DNA of 61,298 bases, counting the filler, from Sphacelaria rigidula (taxonomy: Eukaryota): the NCBI GenBank assembly GCA_964200075.2. It is 3 parts of 3 records of this genome, joined end to end, with 100 filler letters (N's around TTAATTAATTAA, not from the genome) between each part and the next. Parts side by side here need not be neighbours in the genome. Positions count along the whole stretch, not along the records: positions 20,468 to 40,833 come from CAXNAA020000539.1; 2 more parts are not named here. One strand, written 5' to 3'. Positions 26,547 through 40,700 of this stretch are shown here, in pieces. The translations under genes were made by a program, and so were the position numbers. Position 1 is the stretch's first letter; the number at the start of each line of letters is the position of its first letter. The notes beneath the pieces were generated by a model, which was not told the DNA's origin, made no database searches, and was given only the letters and a program-made list of their open reading frames with translations.

Positions 26547-26903
26547 TGTATAACTCACTGGCCGAAAATATGCACGGCTGACTTGTGTTCTATAACTCAC
26601 CCGGCCAGAATATGCACCGCTGAGTTATGTCGTATAGCTCGACCGGTCAGAACGTGCACCGCTGATTCATGTTCTATACCTCACCCAGCCCGAATATGCA
26701 CCGCTGACTTATGCTCTATAACTCGTTCGGATAGAATTTGCATCGATGAGTCATGTTTTACAACTCATCCGGCCAGAATGCGCACCGATGGTATATGCTG
26801 TGAAGTCACCAGATCGGAATATGCACCCTGCGTTATGCTGCATAGCTCACCAGACGGGAGTGTGCACCACTGAGGCATGTTGCTAATTCACAGTTGAGTT
26901 ATG
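26547..26903. repeat. 42-bp minisatellite, ~8 diverged copies
   Basis: Units start at 26549, 26591, 26633 and 26675; consensus close to TATAACTCACCCGGCCAGAATATGCACCGCTGAGTTATGTTC. Confidence 0.9.
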
Positions 26904-26924
26904 GAGAAAAATAGTTAACCAAAG

Positions 26925-29900
26925 TTAACTAGAGTGAAGTTGTCCGATCCGTGGAATAGTTGACTTCGAAAGAGCCAAACCGAGACGCCGGGTGCACATG
27001 TTGCCTTGGTGTAAGCCTCCTTCCAGCAGTTGCTCGTAGGCATTATTCTGGGGGAAAATCCTTCCAATATTGTGAATTATTTCCAGATAGTTACTTTTTT
27101 CGCCCATTACATCGAGAAAAGCTGACTGACTGTTTTTGCAGTTACCGTTTTGAATTTAATCAGATATGGGGTGTATCAAAAACGCCTCCTAGCAGTCACA
27201 CTGCACGCCATGATAAATTCGCTGTCAACACAAGCGGCCGCTGCCTCATACACCAAATAAATTGTGGCAAGTGTTACGCGGACGGGCGCCTCCATTTTGG
27301 TGCACTAACCCGGCAAAATTTTCCCAAACTTACAAGATAAGTTGTTAGCAAAAGGTCGCTGCCCGATCTTTTTCCAAGGTGTTCTTCGCACTACAAGGAG
27401 CCCCTCGGGCTTTCGTACGACGGAAAGCAAAAACGTCCCAATGTTGTCTACTGCTGAAATTCGAACACACGGAACTCACCCAGACTTGTCATTGATAGTG
27501 TTGGCGTGCGTGCAGTACCAGTATGACCACCGTGGCGCGGCGATGGTGTACGAGATACATGTTCGGTCTCACCGTATTCTTTAATGCAAGAAACATATGA
27601 ATACTCAGCCGTAGAAGATCCCGGGCAAGCTGCGGTAAAAATCTATTCCTACCTCGTCTTGCGCTCGCTGGATCTCTTCAGCGTATGTTGCTTCGATTTC
27701 CGCCGCCATAGCCCGGATCCTGTCGCACGAAGCAAAGCAGTGAAAACGCTGCCGTCAACAGCTCTGGTCTACCTGCAAGTGGCGGCACACTACATCATAC
27801 CGAGGTACTGTGACTTTGAAAACGATGATCCACTGTAGAAATTTTGAACCAGATTCACTGCTGGAGTCAAGAAGATATCGAACCTACACCACCCTGCCGA
27901 CATGTACAGTGAGATGGAGATCATTTTGTAATGCCACAAGGTGCGTGAATGGCCGTGAAGAGGGTGTCATACCCCATTGACACATATACCGCAGAGTTCG
28001 AGCATGACGGATACACTCATATTCCGCCAATGTCAGGCAGACGTGTGTGACATTTTCTCGTCATGTCTCGCGCGTGTGCCACACACACCATTACCGAGAC
28101 GAAGTGGAACTCACTGGCGCGCCATTGCCTCCGCCACGAGGGCCTGCTTCGCTGCTTCTTCTCGCTGAGTGCGCTCTTCAGCTGCTCTCGCCGTGGCTGC
28201 CTGGAACTCCGCCTTGAGAGTCTGTGATGATTATTCCAAATATTTCAGGGAATACGAAAGCAATCAAAATAAGGCCATTCAACAAGATGCTGTGGTTCAT
28301 GGTGGCATTCCCAAGCATCTTGACGTGCACTCCCAGAACGTCTTCTAAGCACCGGGTAAAATTGAGGGTAGAGCATACAATTTCAATCTGCCTGGTGACC
28401 GAATGATTGCATGGGCGCATGAGCAATGTGTGTCGCGCAACAAATGTGAACGATTGTGTGCTCACGTCCACTCTTTGCCAAATACTAGCGGCCTCCTCCC
28501 GCTGCTCCATTGCGGCATGCTCACGCCGAGCAATATGTTCGTCATGGACTGAGTCTTGCTTGCCCGTCTCGTCCTGGAGCTCTTGCTCCACTAGATGGTG
28601 CTTCTCGAGAGCAGTCGATGCCTCGTCAGACACTCCTGGGGTACATGTAGGGCAGGGAGAGGGAGAGGAACGATAATCGCACGGTGCTTGTAAATCCCGT
28701 GAATATATACACCGTTCTCACCTGATATTGTACTATATCGTCGCTCGAAATGCGAGGGTGGGGGGCGGGTTGGTGGAAGACGGTAGCATCAAGATTTCGA
28801 TGCGTGCTTGAAAGCGCAGCAACTATCCCGTGCGTATCAGAGGACAGGAGACGAACATAGCCGTGGAATGCCAGTACAATAGTCTCGGCAACGAACGTCA
28901 CCTTGCATAGAAACCACTTCATTTTGTGCCTTGGCAAGAGTCGTATGCGCGGCAGACACCCTTGTGGCGGCCTCGTTTTTCGCAGCAACGATGCGCGCGC
29001 CGTCCTTGACATTACCAAGAACGAGAACAACAGCGAGAGGGGCTCGGACAACATGGAGCATGTCTCATCAAATGAAATGTATTTGTTGCATGCCGCCCCC
29101 TTCCCCGTTGACGATCCAACTGAGACGAACGTGCGTCGATACAACAGCAACGGTGCATGCTCAAATGTCCCTGTTCTCAGGCGGTTTGCACACTTGCCGA
29201 CACATACATACACATGCGTTGTCGAACCTTTCCTAGGCTTCCTAGTTGTAGTGAGCTCCACTATAATGATACCACGGCTAATTTTCCTCGAACGATGTGT
29301 TTTTTTTTGCGACCCTTTTTTTGTGAAAGGTGTACCTGCTTGAGGGAGGCGATCTTGTCCTTCATATCGGTAGTAGCCGCCTGTTTATTCAGCGTGGTGC
29401 TTTCCAAATCATCTTCCAAAGCAGCCTTCCGAGCAGCAGCATCTGTGCCAGCAGATCTGACCGTCAACAACAAGTTTATTTTGATCTACAGCTCGTCAAG
29501 ACCGCAACTATCCGATGGAGGCGACCAGATCAGCACAATCATCGAGCCTTCAACTAGAGAAACGGTACGTACATGAACGCGGTAGCGCAATACTTGCGCA
29601 GCACGGGGTTTATGTAGGTAGACTGCGAGCACCGGGGAACAGGGCAAGCAAGCTATTGGGGTCTCATTCATTGCAGATAATATGCTCCCCGACCAAATAA
29701 GTATTTTCTGGAAAATCATGATACTTGGGTGACGATCCGTCACGGAGGCGCACTTGCCTCACACCTGCGATAGACACAGATAACGCCTTGTGCTCCGCCT
29801 TCCTTGCGTCAAACTCGGGCTGGTTGACGCTGTGCGCATCGATGACCTTCTGCGATGCCGCCAACTGGTCAGCAAGGATGTGACACCTTTGCTCTTTCTC

Positions 29901-32900
29901 TTTTACCTGTGCTTTCATCTCAGCCACCTGCGGGGCAAAAATGAAAAAAAAATGTTTTCCCGAAGGATTCTAATTCGTATTACATCTGCTGCTGCAGGGA
30001 GAGACGACGAAGTTTTGGCGGTGACGCACGAAAACTGTCCCTTTAATCTTGCAAGCTCTGGCAGTACGCACCTCCGGATGGACCTGCTTGTACTCCCGCT
30101 TGACTTCCTCGAGCTCCAATGCAAGTCGCGGGCCAGCTTGAGCCAGGGTAGCTTGCTCGGCTTCAAGCGTGGCAAGTTGAGTCTCAACCTAGGCAAGGGA
30201 CACAATACCCCAGAGAGTGCGACAGGAATGAGGAAGCATTTGCCTCATTGGGAAGTAGGACAAGATGGTGAAATTGTCACACATGTAGCTACTCTACATC
30301 TGACACTATGCTCCTTTCCAGTGTTTCTGCCGTATGGTGTTGGATATCTCTGCCATTGGGCATGCAATCAGGTTTCGCTGGCAAGAGCAGCACCACTCGT
30401 AGCTTTACGGCATTTTCGTCGGGTTGAATGAAAAGGTGGCGCAGAGATCACCTGACGCCTAATGTCGTCGGAAAGCTCAGCTAGCCGCAGCTGCAGCGTT
30501 TGCGTTTCTTCAGCGACCGATTCCATGTCAGCTTCCATCATTGTCGTTTCATCTGTGGCCACGAACATCGGCAGGTCTAATTTCAGCTGACCATGGAGCA
30601 ACATACGGGATGACACGGCTCAGATCATTCCGTCAAGAGTACGGAACACCTTCTGCTGTGTTCATACGTCCTCTGTCCCATGTCCCATAAGTAAAGTCGA
30701 TTATGAGGTGCAGATCATATCTCCCCAAGGGAAGTGCATACGATTATTCAGTTAGGTTCGCTGAAAAGATGAAGCTACGGGGACGCTCACAGGAGAAAAA
30801 GTCGGGATCATAGTCACCAAGAGTTCATAGGACGAAATTCACCATAACTGAGGAATTGGGGGTGGGAATTTCGAATAAAATGGTTTGAAAGTTCATTTGG
30901 AACTTTCCGCTTTTCAAACAATTTCGACATTTGATCGCCCACTACATACCACAACCACGATGAACTCTCCCATGCACATCCTCCACGCCGTAAACGGGGC
31001 GCCGACATATCATTGGGCCACCGTTGCTCCACGGCGGTGAAGATAGCGCTGGCGATTCCGCCAGGCCACCCAAGGGTGCCGAAGGGCATTCTAGATCCGT
31101 TCGCCGAGTGCTACGGTGTTTACCCCGAGGTCCTGACCTCTCAAGCAAACGTCGGAGTGGACGGCGATCGTTTCTTACTCCAACAAAGACTACGGCGCTG
31201 CGGGGGATCAAGAAGCAGAACCGATAATTTCTTCCGACGTTTCTTCCCCCCGTAATAGGGGAGAAATACGGCCATTTTCGGGTTGACTGATGTTTTTATT
31301 CGGCCGCCGCTTGCTCACGTAGGGTAGTGCACGAAAAAAACTTGAAGTAAAAAGCGCTGAATGTTGCAAAAACATTGTCGCCTAAGGCATCGGACACGGG
31401 CAAGGGCTCGTAAAACATGGCCGAATTTACGTGAGGGGCGGAGAAAGTATATTCGAGAACAGATGCACACACATGTATGTACTGTATACCTTTCCAAGCA
31501 CATTCTTTTTCCTCCGTCACTGCCTGGACCTCGGCCATCTGGGTCTTGCACTGCTCGAGGCTTGTGCCAGCGATCGCCAGGCGCTTCTCTAAGTTCTCCC
31601 GTTCATCCTTCCGTGACTGTATTGCCTGAGTATCACGAAAGCAATAGCGACGAATGCCTCGCCGTTGAGTTCCTGTGTGCGCCACCGGAGGAACCGCAGC
31701 CAACCCGACGCAAAGACTGCAGACACGCAAAGCACGATAACCCCGATCGACAACTACAGAGCTTACCGCCAGTGTTGCGCTGTGTGCTTCGTCGGCGATG
31801 GTGATCTCCTCGTCCTGAGCTTTGCATTGGGCGTCAAGCTCGTCCAACGTGGCAGCGAGCGCTCGGATTTCGGTCTCCGTCGAGCCATTGGCTGCAGATA
31901 AGGTCTTCACCTTTGCCTCGCGCTGTCGTCAAATGCGGATCAAGGCAAGGTCAAACACGCGTGTATTATGTGTGCGCATTTCGAAACCCATGGTGATGGT
32001 CATCGTATTTGACATGCTGTGAGACTCCATGCCTACGATGTGCTAGACTCATCGGCCGAAGACGGGATAGATGGAGAAATTGATGGCTAGATACTTCGTG
32101 TGTGCGTGAATGTGAGCGAACTGGGTAAGAACATCGTAAACCGCGCCGGAGATGCCGTTAGTTATTGGAATGTGCTAGGTTGGATCAAAAGCTTGCTACC
32201 CTGAAATATTCAATTCATCACAGTGTTGACGCGGCCCGCTCAAAATATTGTGGTTAGGTCTGCTTGACCCTCTTTGGATTTTTTAGACGCCCAACTTGAA
32301 TATAATGCCCTATACCACAATGTAGTATCCTCGTTGAAATAATGCCTGAAGGGCCAGATACAACACAGTGCCTGTGTAAGGTCGGGTAACTGCGTAGATA
32401 CTGCAACTTTTGTACTGCAGGGTGCATATCGAGATTCCAATAGCAAACACATGCTTGAGGGGTCGGATACGGTAGCATTTGTAGTAGGTTCCTGACTGCA
32501 TGCGATTTCGCGTTGACTGCGCCAAGACACCTTTCGAGCAATGCACCCTAGAACGTGCAATCCTCCTTCCGCATGAGACATAGATGATGACGAGCAGCAC
32601 TAGTTGTAGTTCGTACCGTGGGAGTGCTGCCCGAGTTGTACCTCACTGTGATACACACCTCGCGACCATTGCGATGCTGCTGTGACAACACCTTCAACCG
32701 CTCGAACGCACCGCCGAGATCCTGAATACCTTGATCAGCAACGCGCTCTTGTTCTTGCACAGCTGTGCACCAGACCGGCCACAGAAGAGGTCGACCGATC
32801 GATTCTTGACCATTTGTAGGCGACCAAACACACCGTGCCAAAGCTCCTTAACTTGTCCACAAACAGGAGTATTTCATTTCTATGTTCAGCTTTTGTCGGC

Positions 32901-33385
32901 ATGCCATAATTACGTGGCGCATGTGTGGTCTACAGCGACAAACATTTCGTCGCATAATATCGAAAGTGGCGACTGCCGCGACACCGTCAATGAGGTCGAC
33001 GTTGAAACTGGGTTCAACTTAATGGCGAGGCAGCTACAATATAACAAATCACAGGGTGCCTGGGGCAACGAACAGGGCACGGGAATCCATTCGATGTTTA
33101 CTTTACGGCATGTACATCGTTGTCCCAGAGCAGATGCGAGATATCGGGAGTACAACGACAGTAATATGATAAGAAGATAAGTTTCGTTTTGTGTACCGCA
33201 CCTTCGACCATGGCGGAGATGCGACGACCGTGCGTTTCTGATGTTTGCTTCCCCACATGGTCCACCTTCAGTAATAGGTCACGCGCCTTACAACACAAGA
33301 ACGGAAAGACGGCTTCACAAATATCTGGAAAACGTTGGAAACAGGAGTGAATAGGCAGCAATACTCCGAGGACGGCTATATCCAT
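26925..33385 (-). CDS. Multi-exon gene for a long alpha-helical coiled-coil protein of unknown family (~520 aa)
   Basis: Phase-consistent GT-AG exon chain: 33286-33202, 32762-32659, 31922-31767, 31625-31490, 30552-30452, 30188-30072, 29927-29765, 29442-29336, 29004-28902, 28635-28466, 28221-28115, 27719-27653 (1416 nt, in frame). Probable last exon 27047-26925; probable ATG 33385. E/Q/K/A/L-rich heptad-like text, e.g. EIRALAATLDELDAQCKAQDEEI and ETQTLQLRLAELSDDIRRQVETQLATLEAEQ. Both ends are less certain than the core. Confidence 0.78.
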
Positions 33386-33979
33386 CTGTTAAAGTTGAGA
33401 GTGTCTTTCGCACTTGAGATCAAACACAGCAACTGAAAGGCGATAGCCAATGACGACAACCGCTGGCACGGACAAGTGGACACTGAGGCGACAAAATCCA
33501 CGGCCGCATGCCACGACCGAAGGAAATGACGCCAGTGATGGACGGAAATAAGGAGGGCCGATGAGAGGCGAACAAGGAAAGGGCCTGTCCTAGCGGACCT
33601 GCTTCACCCGCCACCGTGTTCGTGGTGCTGTGTCTCGTTGTTTACCGTGTGTTCGGTTTTATTTTATTTTCTTGTGTTTCCTTTCATCTCGTGGCTTCTT
33701 ACTGCTTGCTTTGTTTCCTCTTGGTTCTACATCACTGCTCACTATGTATGCGCGTGTTGCGCGCAGACGGGAAGGGAGGGGGATGGAATTTTTTAACGCG
33801 ACTTCACCAACAACCTGCCTTGAAAAGACTCTACCTCAACTCCAAAATTCAGGGCAGGACTCTTGCTCGCTGCTTGCAATTGCACCGATACCCTAAATAC
33901 AGGGGGTCGATCGTTCTCCTTCATGAATGAGGCTGAAATGACAGCAGTGACTTCCGAAAGAAGCACGCTCACATCGACA

Positions 33980-36250
33980 GGAGGCCACTTCTAAAATGCA
34001 AGGATACCCCACCCAAGCAGCGGATTGTGACTGCGTCGAGGGGGAAGGAACGCCTTTTTCCACCCCTCCAATGAACGAAACGGTCACCGGCACGGTATCC
34101 TACACGATGCTGACTCCGTGTGTGAGCACCAGAAATTACAAACCCTACAGTTATGGGAGCGTGCGACCCCCTGAAATGGGCAAAGAAAGTGCCATCGACC
34201 AATATCACGAACAGACACCAACAGACCGACTTCTGGGGCTTATTAAGGCTCGTGGGGCAAAATGTGCCCTACGTCATCCGAAGAGAACACCATGGACCCA
34301 AATTTCATATCGAGAAAAAGTGGACTGCAGTCTGAAATCAGAACCCTACCGTTATTTCCGTTGTTATTCCTCATATATTTCATGCCACTGCGTCGCTTTT
34401 CATCCGCGCTTGCGATATCCTGCCATGCAAGGAGGCTAGTTGGGTTGAACCAACCCAACGCAGACCGAGAACACTCGGGCAAGGGCGGTACATACATTCT
34501 CCAATCAAAGTGAGGCCTTGGTAGACCCCGAATCGGCGCCTGTGGCGCCGATTTTAACAGAAACGCGTTCTGCGCACCCGAGGAGCATACCGGACTGTCA
34601 GTCCTACTAGAATTCCGATTCTCGTTGTGCATATTCAAATCAAGTAATATCAACCATGAATACTTGTATCCCAACGCCGGTAGCTGAAACCAGGAAGCTG
34701 AACCATTCGAGAGGGGGGATGCGGATCGAAAATGGACCAACATGTGCTCAACATGCGACAAAGCCATTTGTACTGATGAGCTCTAACGAGGACGGCCCTT
34801 ACACAAAGGAGTGGAGTACAAATAGCCACCGGGTATGTGATGTGGGCTGGGTGGGTGTTGGTCCACCACCTCGTCATGTTTTGAGGAGCTTGATTTATCG
34901 GCTACCATCCTTCCACAGCTTTTGGTGGATAGATGACTCGCCTTGTGAAAGTGTATTTGTTGTTCCGTGGGCATGGCTTTTCATTTCATGAATATGATAT
35001 TAATTAACCCTTTGACCGCGACGGTTGGTCACATGCTGAATCGGCATCATTTTTCACTTGAAAAAAGTGTGCATGGTCCAGATGGACTACCCTCTCGGTC
35101 CAGGGGTTCATCGGACTCCAAAGATATTGTGTTGCAAGAGGGGATGAAAACGAGCGGTCGTCCGTCACCCACCATTGCCGATACAACAGATGCGTGTCTT
35201 AGGATGGGTGGGTCCACTGAAAGACACGAATGGGGCTTCGGTGCCATGTGGCTCCAGCGAAAGTGGGCTGGCGACTTTATGCTGCCTTTTGTGTCGTCTT
35301 GACGCAGTATACTTCACCATTCGGGAGGGTAAGTTGGTCCATCTTGATCTTAGTACGAAGACCGAAATCCGGATCTTTCATGGGGGCTGTGCTCCTAGCA
35401 TGCTCCTAGCGTGCCCAGAACGCGTTTTTGTCTAAATCGGGGCCTGGAGCGCCGATTTAAGGTCTGGCAACGCACCCTTCATCTTGGGAACACGTTGCAT
35501 CCCCCTTGCGCGAGGGTTATCGGAATGCCTTCGTTGTGGGTAGGGTTGGGGTTAGTGCTATAATTTGTTCTCTTCGCTGCTGCGAGGTCGCGAAGATGAT
35601 TCTTGCTTCTGGGGGTTCGGTCGAAGGTTCCAATTTTACACCTCTCGAATATTCCACACATCCGATGTATCAACCATCTGCACTATCAAGAGTCATTCAT
35701 GGGTGTCATCTACTCCGAGGCCGTTGCACAGGGGTGAGGTTTTCGCGTTTTGTGGAAACCGGCGGGGGTTGGAGGCGCTTGGTTGCGATCATAGCCCAAT
35801 CTGGTGGGCTGATTACTTATCGCTAAGGCCATCGATTGGGATGCGACTTCTTGCATCATCTGCGCCAAGACGACAGCTACAACTTGACCGGATGATGTTT
35901 TTTTAATTTAATCAGGATGCGAGTTTTATAACGAATTCAGTGAAAAAAAACATCGGTTGTTCAAGATTTTCTCGATCACTGCAACTTCTTTGGTTTTTTA
36001 GTATCCGGTCAGATTGTAGCTTGGACGAATACACGCCGGTGAGTAGCCGAGCCACGCCGTGGTTCGTACTCCGGAACGAGAAAACTTCGACGCCGTGAAA
36101 TGGAAACCCCACTCAAATCACAAGTACTTCGAGGGATTTTACGGCGTGCATAATCAGGGGATGAACGACATCTCTGGTCTGTTCGTGCTTTCGGTCGGTG
36201 ACACTTCTGTGGCTCATTTTGGGGGGTCAGGCGCGCCCACAACAGTTAGG
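33980..36250 (+). CDS. Possible plus-strand multi-exon gene divergent from the coiled-coil gene (unknown product)
   Basis: Candidate exons ~34432-34486, ~34684-34832 and ~35190-35328 join in phase (...EHSGKG-A-ETRKLNH...NSHR-MRVLGWVG...FTIRE; last donor GG|GTAAGT). No motif recognised. Confidence 0.3.
35004..35110. mobile_element. piggyBac-like MITE, solo copy
   Basis: TTAA|CCCTTTGACCGCGA...CTCTCGGTCCAGGGG|TTCA with the family core. More degenerate copies lie at ~18040-18250 and ~58894-58975. Confidence 0.7.
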
Positions 36251-37445
36251 TATGGATAGTATCTGCTGGGCGGCACGCATACAGTTGATAGTGCTGGTAT
36301 CGGAAGTACCGCGAACAGAAGGTCTCAAAGGTTGGAAGGAAATCATTCACTGGTTGCAGAAAGCTAATCGAACACTTTCGCAACAAGATATTTGGCTTGT
36401 TTCAAAATGCATTCCACTCCAAGAATACAGTAAAACAACGTGCAGAAGCATAGTGCAGCGACCCCAAGCTTGACTAAATTGTACAGCATCTGCGAATAGT
36501 GGGTTATACTCACCCCTTGAATTCTCTTCCTCAATTCTCCGGTGGCAGCTGCCTTGGTAGCGCGGTTTCGGTTGGTAACGGCCACGCCGTCTTCAAGTTG
36601 TTTCTGAGAGTGGAGATGTACATAGAAATGGAAGGTGGGACTTGATCAGTCTCAAAGTATTGTATTATACTGTGTGTAGTCAGAACGAAGCCAGCTTGTA
36701 CCTGTACGTGTGCTGCAATATACGAAGTACGTCGTAGTCCGCGTACGGTTACGCAAGGAAGCATAATGTACGACGGGTGCGGTCGTGCACCGCAATACAC
36801 AGTACAGTATAGTACAGTACAGTACAGATAAGACAGTTGATCTGCGGAATGTGGGTTCCACTTCGCGCTAGAAGCACCCCCGAGGTTGGAAAGTTTTCGA
36901 CCATTTGGTTCCGGAAATTGAAATCTATCAACCGAAATGCCAGCATCTTCCTAGCCATTCGAAAACAAGTTGCAAGAACAAGTCCTGATCACTGCGGTCG
37001 TGGGCTATGCATAGAATCTATAGGTTGCGCTGTCCATGAGTAAGGATGCACGTCGCTGCTAGTGCCCCTATTGGCAGAAGGAGCGCATGTTAGGAACCTG
37101 TTCCCGGGTTCAAACGACCCTCTACGCGGAGTGATGTCGACGGAGTTGGTATGGACAGAGATTTCGACTTGTGAAGTTGAACGGTTCTACAGTATCACGA
37201 TCTCATGCTGCGACCATTAGATGTTATAAGAGAAATACAACTCCGTCGACGTAGGTCGGCGCAGCAAGAGAGCCGCATGACAGAAAATACGTTTGATCGA
37301 AAGCATTGATGTTCAATCCTCCACCCACCCACCCTCCGCGATATACGCTCACGATAGATGTGGAGGATCTACAAGGCTCACTCCTGGGACGCAACGTCTG
37401 AGTGCCTGCTCAGAGGCCGGCCGGGGCAGTCCAATCGTAAGATGA

Positions 37446-37778
37446 GAGTGTACTGTCATCCCATCTATTCTGGACACCAGTCTACACCTTGCGGTATATG
37501 TGGACGTATCGGCGGGAGTCACACAGTAGGGAGGTCAACATAGATATATTTTTGCTTCAGCAATCCACCTTCCTTCTGCGGGGCTTGCCTTAATTTCTAT
37601 CGCGAGAAGGGCTCAGCGGCCCTTTTCCTCGTTGACCAGGGAGTCGATTTTTGTGTACCCACGATATAGTCACTCTCCACTGTTGGACACGACGTGAGAA
37701 AAAATCCTACGTCGTGTGACTTTACTGAGATTCGAACCCACATCCCAATCGTCAGAAAGTTTCGAGGATACCAACTAA
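37446..37778 (-). mobile_element. tRNA-derived SINE, family 1
   Basis: Reverse-strand homologue of 7671-8026 with a canonical B box GGTTCGAATC at 37738-37729. Confidence 0.75.
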
Positions 37779-40700
37779 GATGACACCAAAATCGATCGCA
37801 AGGTACGCGGGCAACATAAACGATAAATGCTTAAGATCGCACGCATTTGAGTGCTTTGCTCATGTTTCCGGTGATGGTCGCGAGTGAGGACATCTAGGTT
37901 TGTGCAAAACAGACTGTCACATAAACCCCCGATTCCGACGCTTGCAATTGAAATAGACCAATTTTGCTGAGACCTTGTACCCATCTATCATTGTTCGATC
38001 TCCTCCGGTCAGATAGTGAAGCGCCTGTATCACTCGGGCCGACATCCCGTCCGACACATTCCACATCCGTGGCTAGGAATATTACTCGACCGACAGATTC
38101 CGAAGGTATGATATCGGTGGAGAACCTGAGGGGAATCACGGGCGGTCCCGTCGGCGACGTAGGCTCAGCGCGAAAGGGGCTCAGTCCCCAGTCCTACGGG
38201 AAACACACGGCAACGGGACCGTTTTGTGACTCGGGGGCGCCAGGCGCGACCGCTGATGGGGCAGTTGTAGAGACAAAGGAGCGGCGGAGGGACGTAACGG
38301 CTGGCGCGGCGCAGAGCGTCAAAAGCTGACAAATCGATCGGGCGAGGAATGCGCGTCCTGTGAAGTCTCGAGTACGCCCGCGTCGGAACAAAACACACAG
38401 CGGTTATCATCGAATCGCCCGACAATAATTCTCAACCACGTCGGCACCACCCTGCAAACAAGGCGGGGGAGCTGCCGCGGGAGATTCGTAGAGGTAGGGC
38501 TTCAACTCCATGTTCCAAGGCGAAGAAAAGACGTGCCAAAGCACCGGGCGCCACGGCGACATCCCATAGCACCGGACACCACCACTGAAGTACAACCTAC
38601 GGGCGCCACCGCAGCATCACCTCTGCGAGTTGAGAATAAGGCAGCACCTCCAAATGTAAATGCGGCCCCCTCCGTTACCATGATACCACTGGGCCCTGCG
38701 ATGACAGAACGTGCCAACACGAAGCAGCAGTCATCGCCACCACCACGTCTTCTGTCTTCGAACCCCGTTGTTGTTGAATGACGCAAGTGTCGTGGCGACG
38801 GTTGCGCCTCCGCGGCGATACACGGTATCGCGGGCATGAGGAGATCGATGTTCTGTGTCTTTCACGGGATCGATGGGCTTCCGTGAATGTAGGCATGGAC
38901 TGTTGCCATCCAATGCTAATAGCGGGAAAGCGCTGGCGGCCCTGGCCGGCGCCGGAGGGACAATCGACCCTGCCGACGGAGCACCGGCCCCCGTCAGCAT
39001 GGGAGCATCCGTCACCGCCAGCGCACCCCCAGCGGCGGTTCTTCGGGGAGGGCGCTGGGCGGAACACTGCAAGAGAGCTGTTCCTCAAGCGCTAACCCCA
39101 CGTGACCAAGGCGTATCAGAAGCTACAAAGTACTACCGCCTATACCTCGGCCGACGCCTGCATGCACTGGACGGGCAAGTGCTCAGCGGTTCGGGGGTGG
39201 TGGCCGTTCTATCGTGCTCCGGCGTGTCTCAGAAGAAGCTCAGCGATAGTATCGCGTAGTACTTGCTGGGCAATAAGACCAAAAACGGCATAACCAAGCG
39301 GAAGGTTTATACGATCCCGCTGAAGAACATCACGACCAAACCGACGAACAGTCAACTTCGGAACTCGGTCTTGTATCTAACAGCGAGAATAACAACATGT
39401 AAACGCAGGAGCTAATGACTGTCGTGCGGGGGATCGTGGGGGTGCCCAATATTTCCCAGAGGAAGAAGGAGTGGTACTTCTCAAGCTCGGAGCGTCCATC
39501 CCGTTCAGCATCCTGAATTCCAAGGTAGGTGAGAGGGATATCTTCTATCGATCTATCGTCTGGTGGTGACAACGCTGGGAAACGAGCACACTCACCTCCA
39601 CGGCCTCAGCCGCAGGCAACTCACAGCCTGACTCTTTCCGTCGTTGCTAGAATATTTTCGTTCTTGGTGCACATATTTGAGATTTACTCTTCGCATATAT
39701 TCACAGTGAGTATCCCAAACAGGCGGGCTGATCGATGTATTTTTCTCTGACATGCGTTCATCTTTCCCTCATGCCATCCCTTTGCCCGTTTGAGCCAGTC
39801 CCACCGTGTTGCCTGCTCAGGTTGGGGGCACTCCAACATAAGTCAAGCCGTGCAGTGGATAAGATCTATATGTCCTGATGCAGAATAGCAACATCCCTAA
39901 TACGCAGCCCAGGATCATGCCGTTAACTACGCCGTGGAGGCGCACAGGGAACCAACCTCCTCAGGCCGTTACAGAAGGCGGGTACCCAGCAGTCGAACCC
40001 TAGCATGTGCCGAAGGTGCGTGCTAAACGGAGGGGCGCCGGCAACGAGATGTTGGTGCTTGCATGCGATGATCCCGACACCGTGGGAAGTCTTAGGGCGC
40101 ATGCGCAACGAGTGCGAACGGATAGGCTCCAAAAGTGCGGCACAAAATTCCACGTCCCGTCAGCGACGGCCCCCTCCCGAGGGCCAGGCTTCCAGAGCTT
40201 GCGTTGGGACAACACCAACCACATGCGGAATTACCTGATCAACAAGCTTTCAAGCGAGTACCACTCAACAACACTACTGGACCCTTGATCATCACGCATG
40301 GGACCAGGATACCGTCTGCCGTCAGTGCGTTTACGCCAACGGCTGTGGCAGGAGTAGGAGGGCGCGTTGGACGGGAGCGCGCGGGGGGGCTTCGACGACG
40401 GCGGCCGGCGGCCGCGGGTCTGTGGCGGCTAAGGCACCCTGCGTGGGTGCCGCCAGTGAAGGCCCAGACGGGCCTGTCCAGAGATCCTGCGCCACAGTGG
40501 TTACAAGCGAGCGAGGTGAGGAAGGAAAGGCTGGCTGTGCGGATTTCGTGGGCGATAGAGCGACAGAACCCACCCAGCAGTCTGCGTCGACTGCGGTAGC
40601 AGGCGAACGAATGGGCGGGAGAGCAGAGCGTTGATGGCAGACGCGACGGGATGCGGCGGTGTCGTTGGCTGCGGGTTGAGAGAGGAGACTCGGCAGTCGA

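Noticed and set aside
26547..26903. CRISPR-like array (also considered 51790-52087, 58305-58410 and 60779-61053)
   Set aside because: Units are wholly repeated or irregularly spaced, there are no unique constant-length spacers and no cas genes, and the context is eukaryotic.
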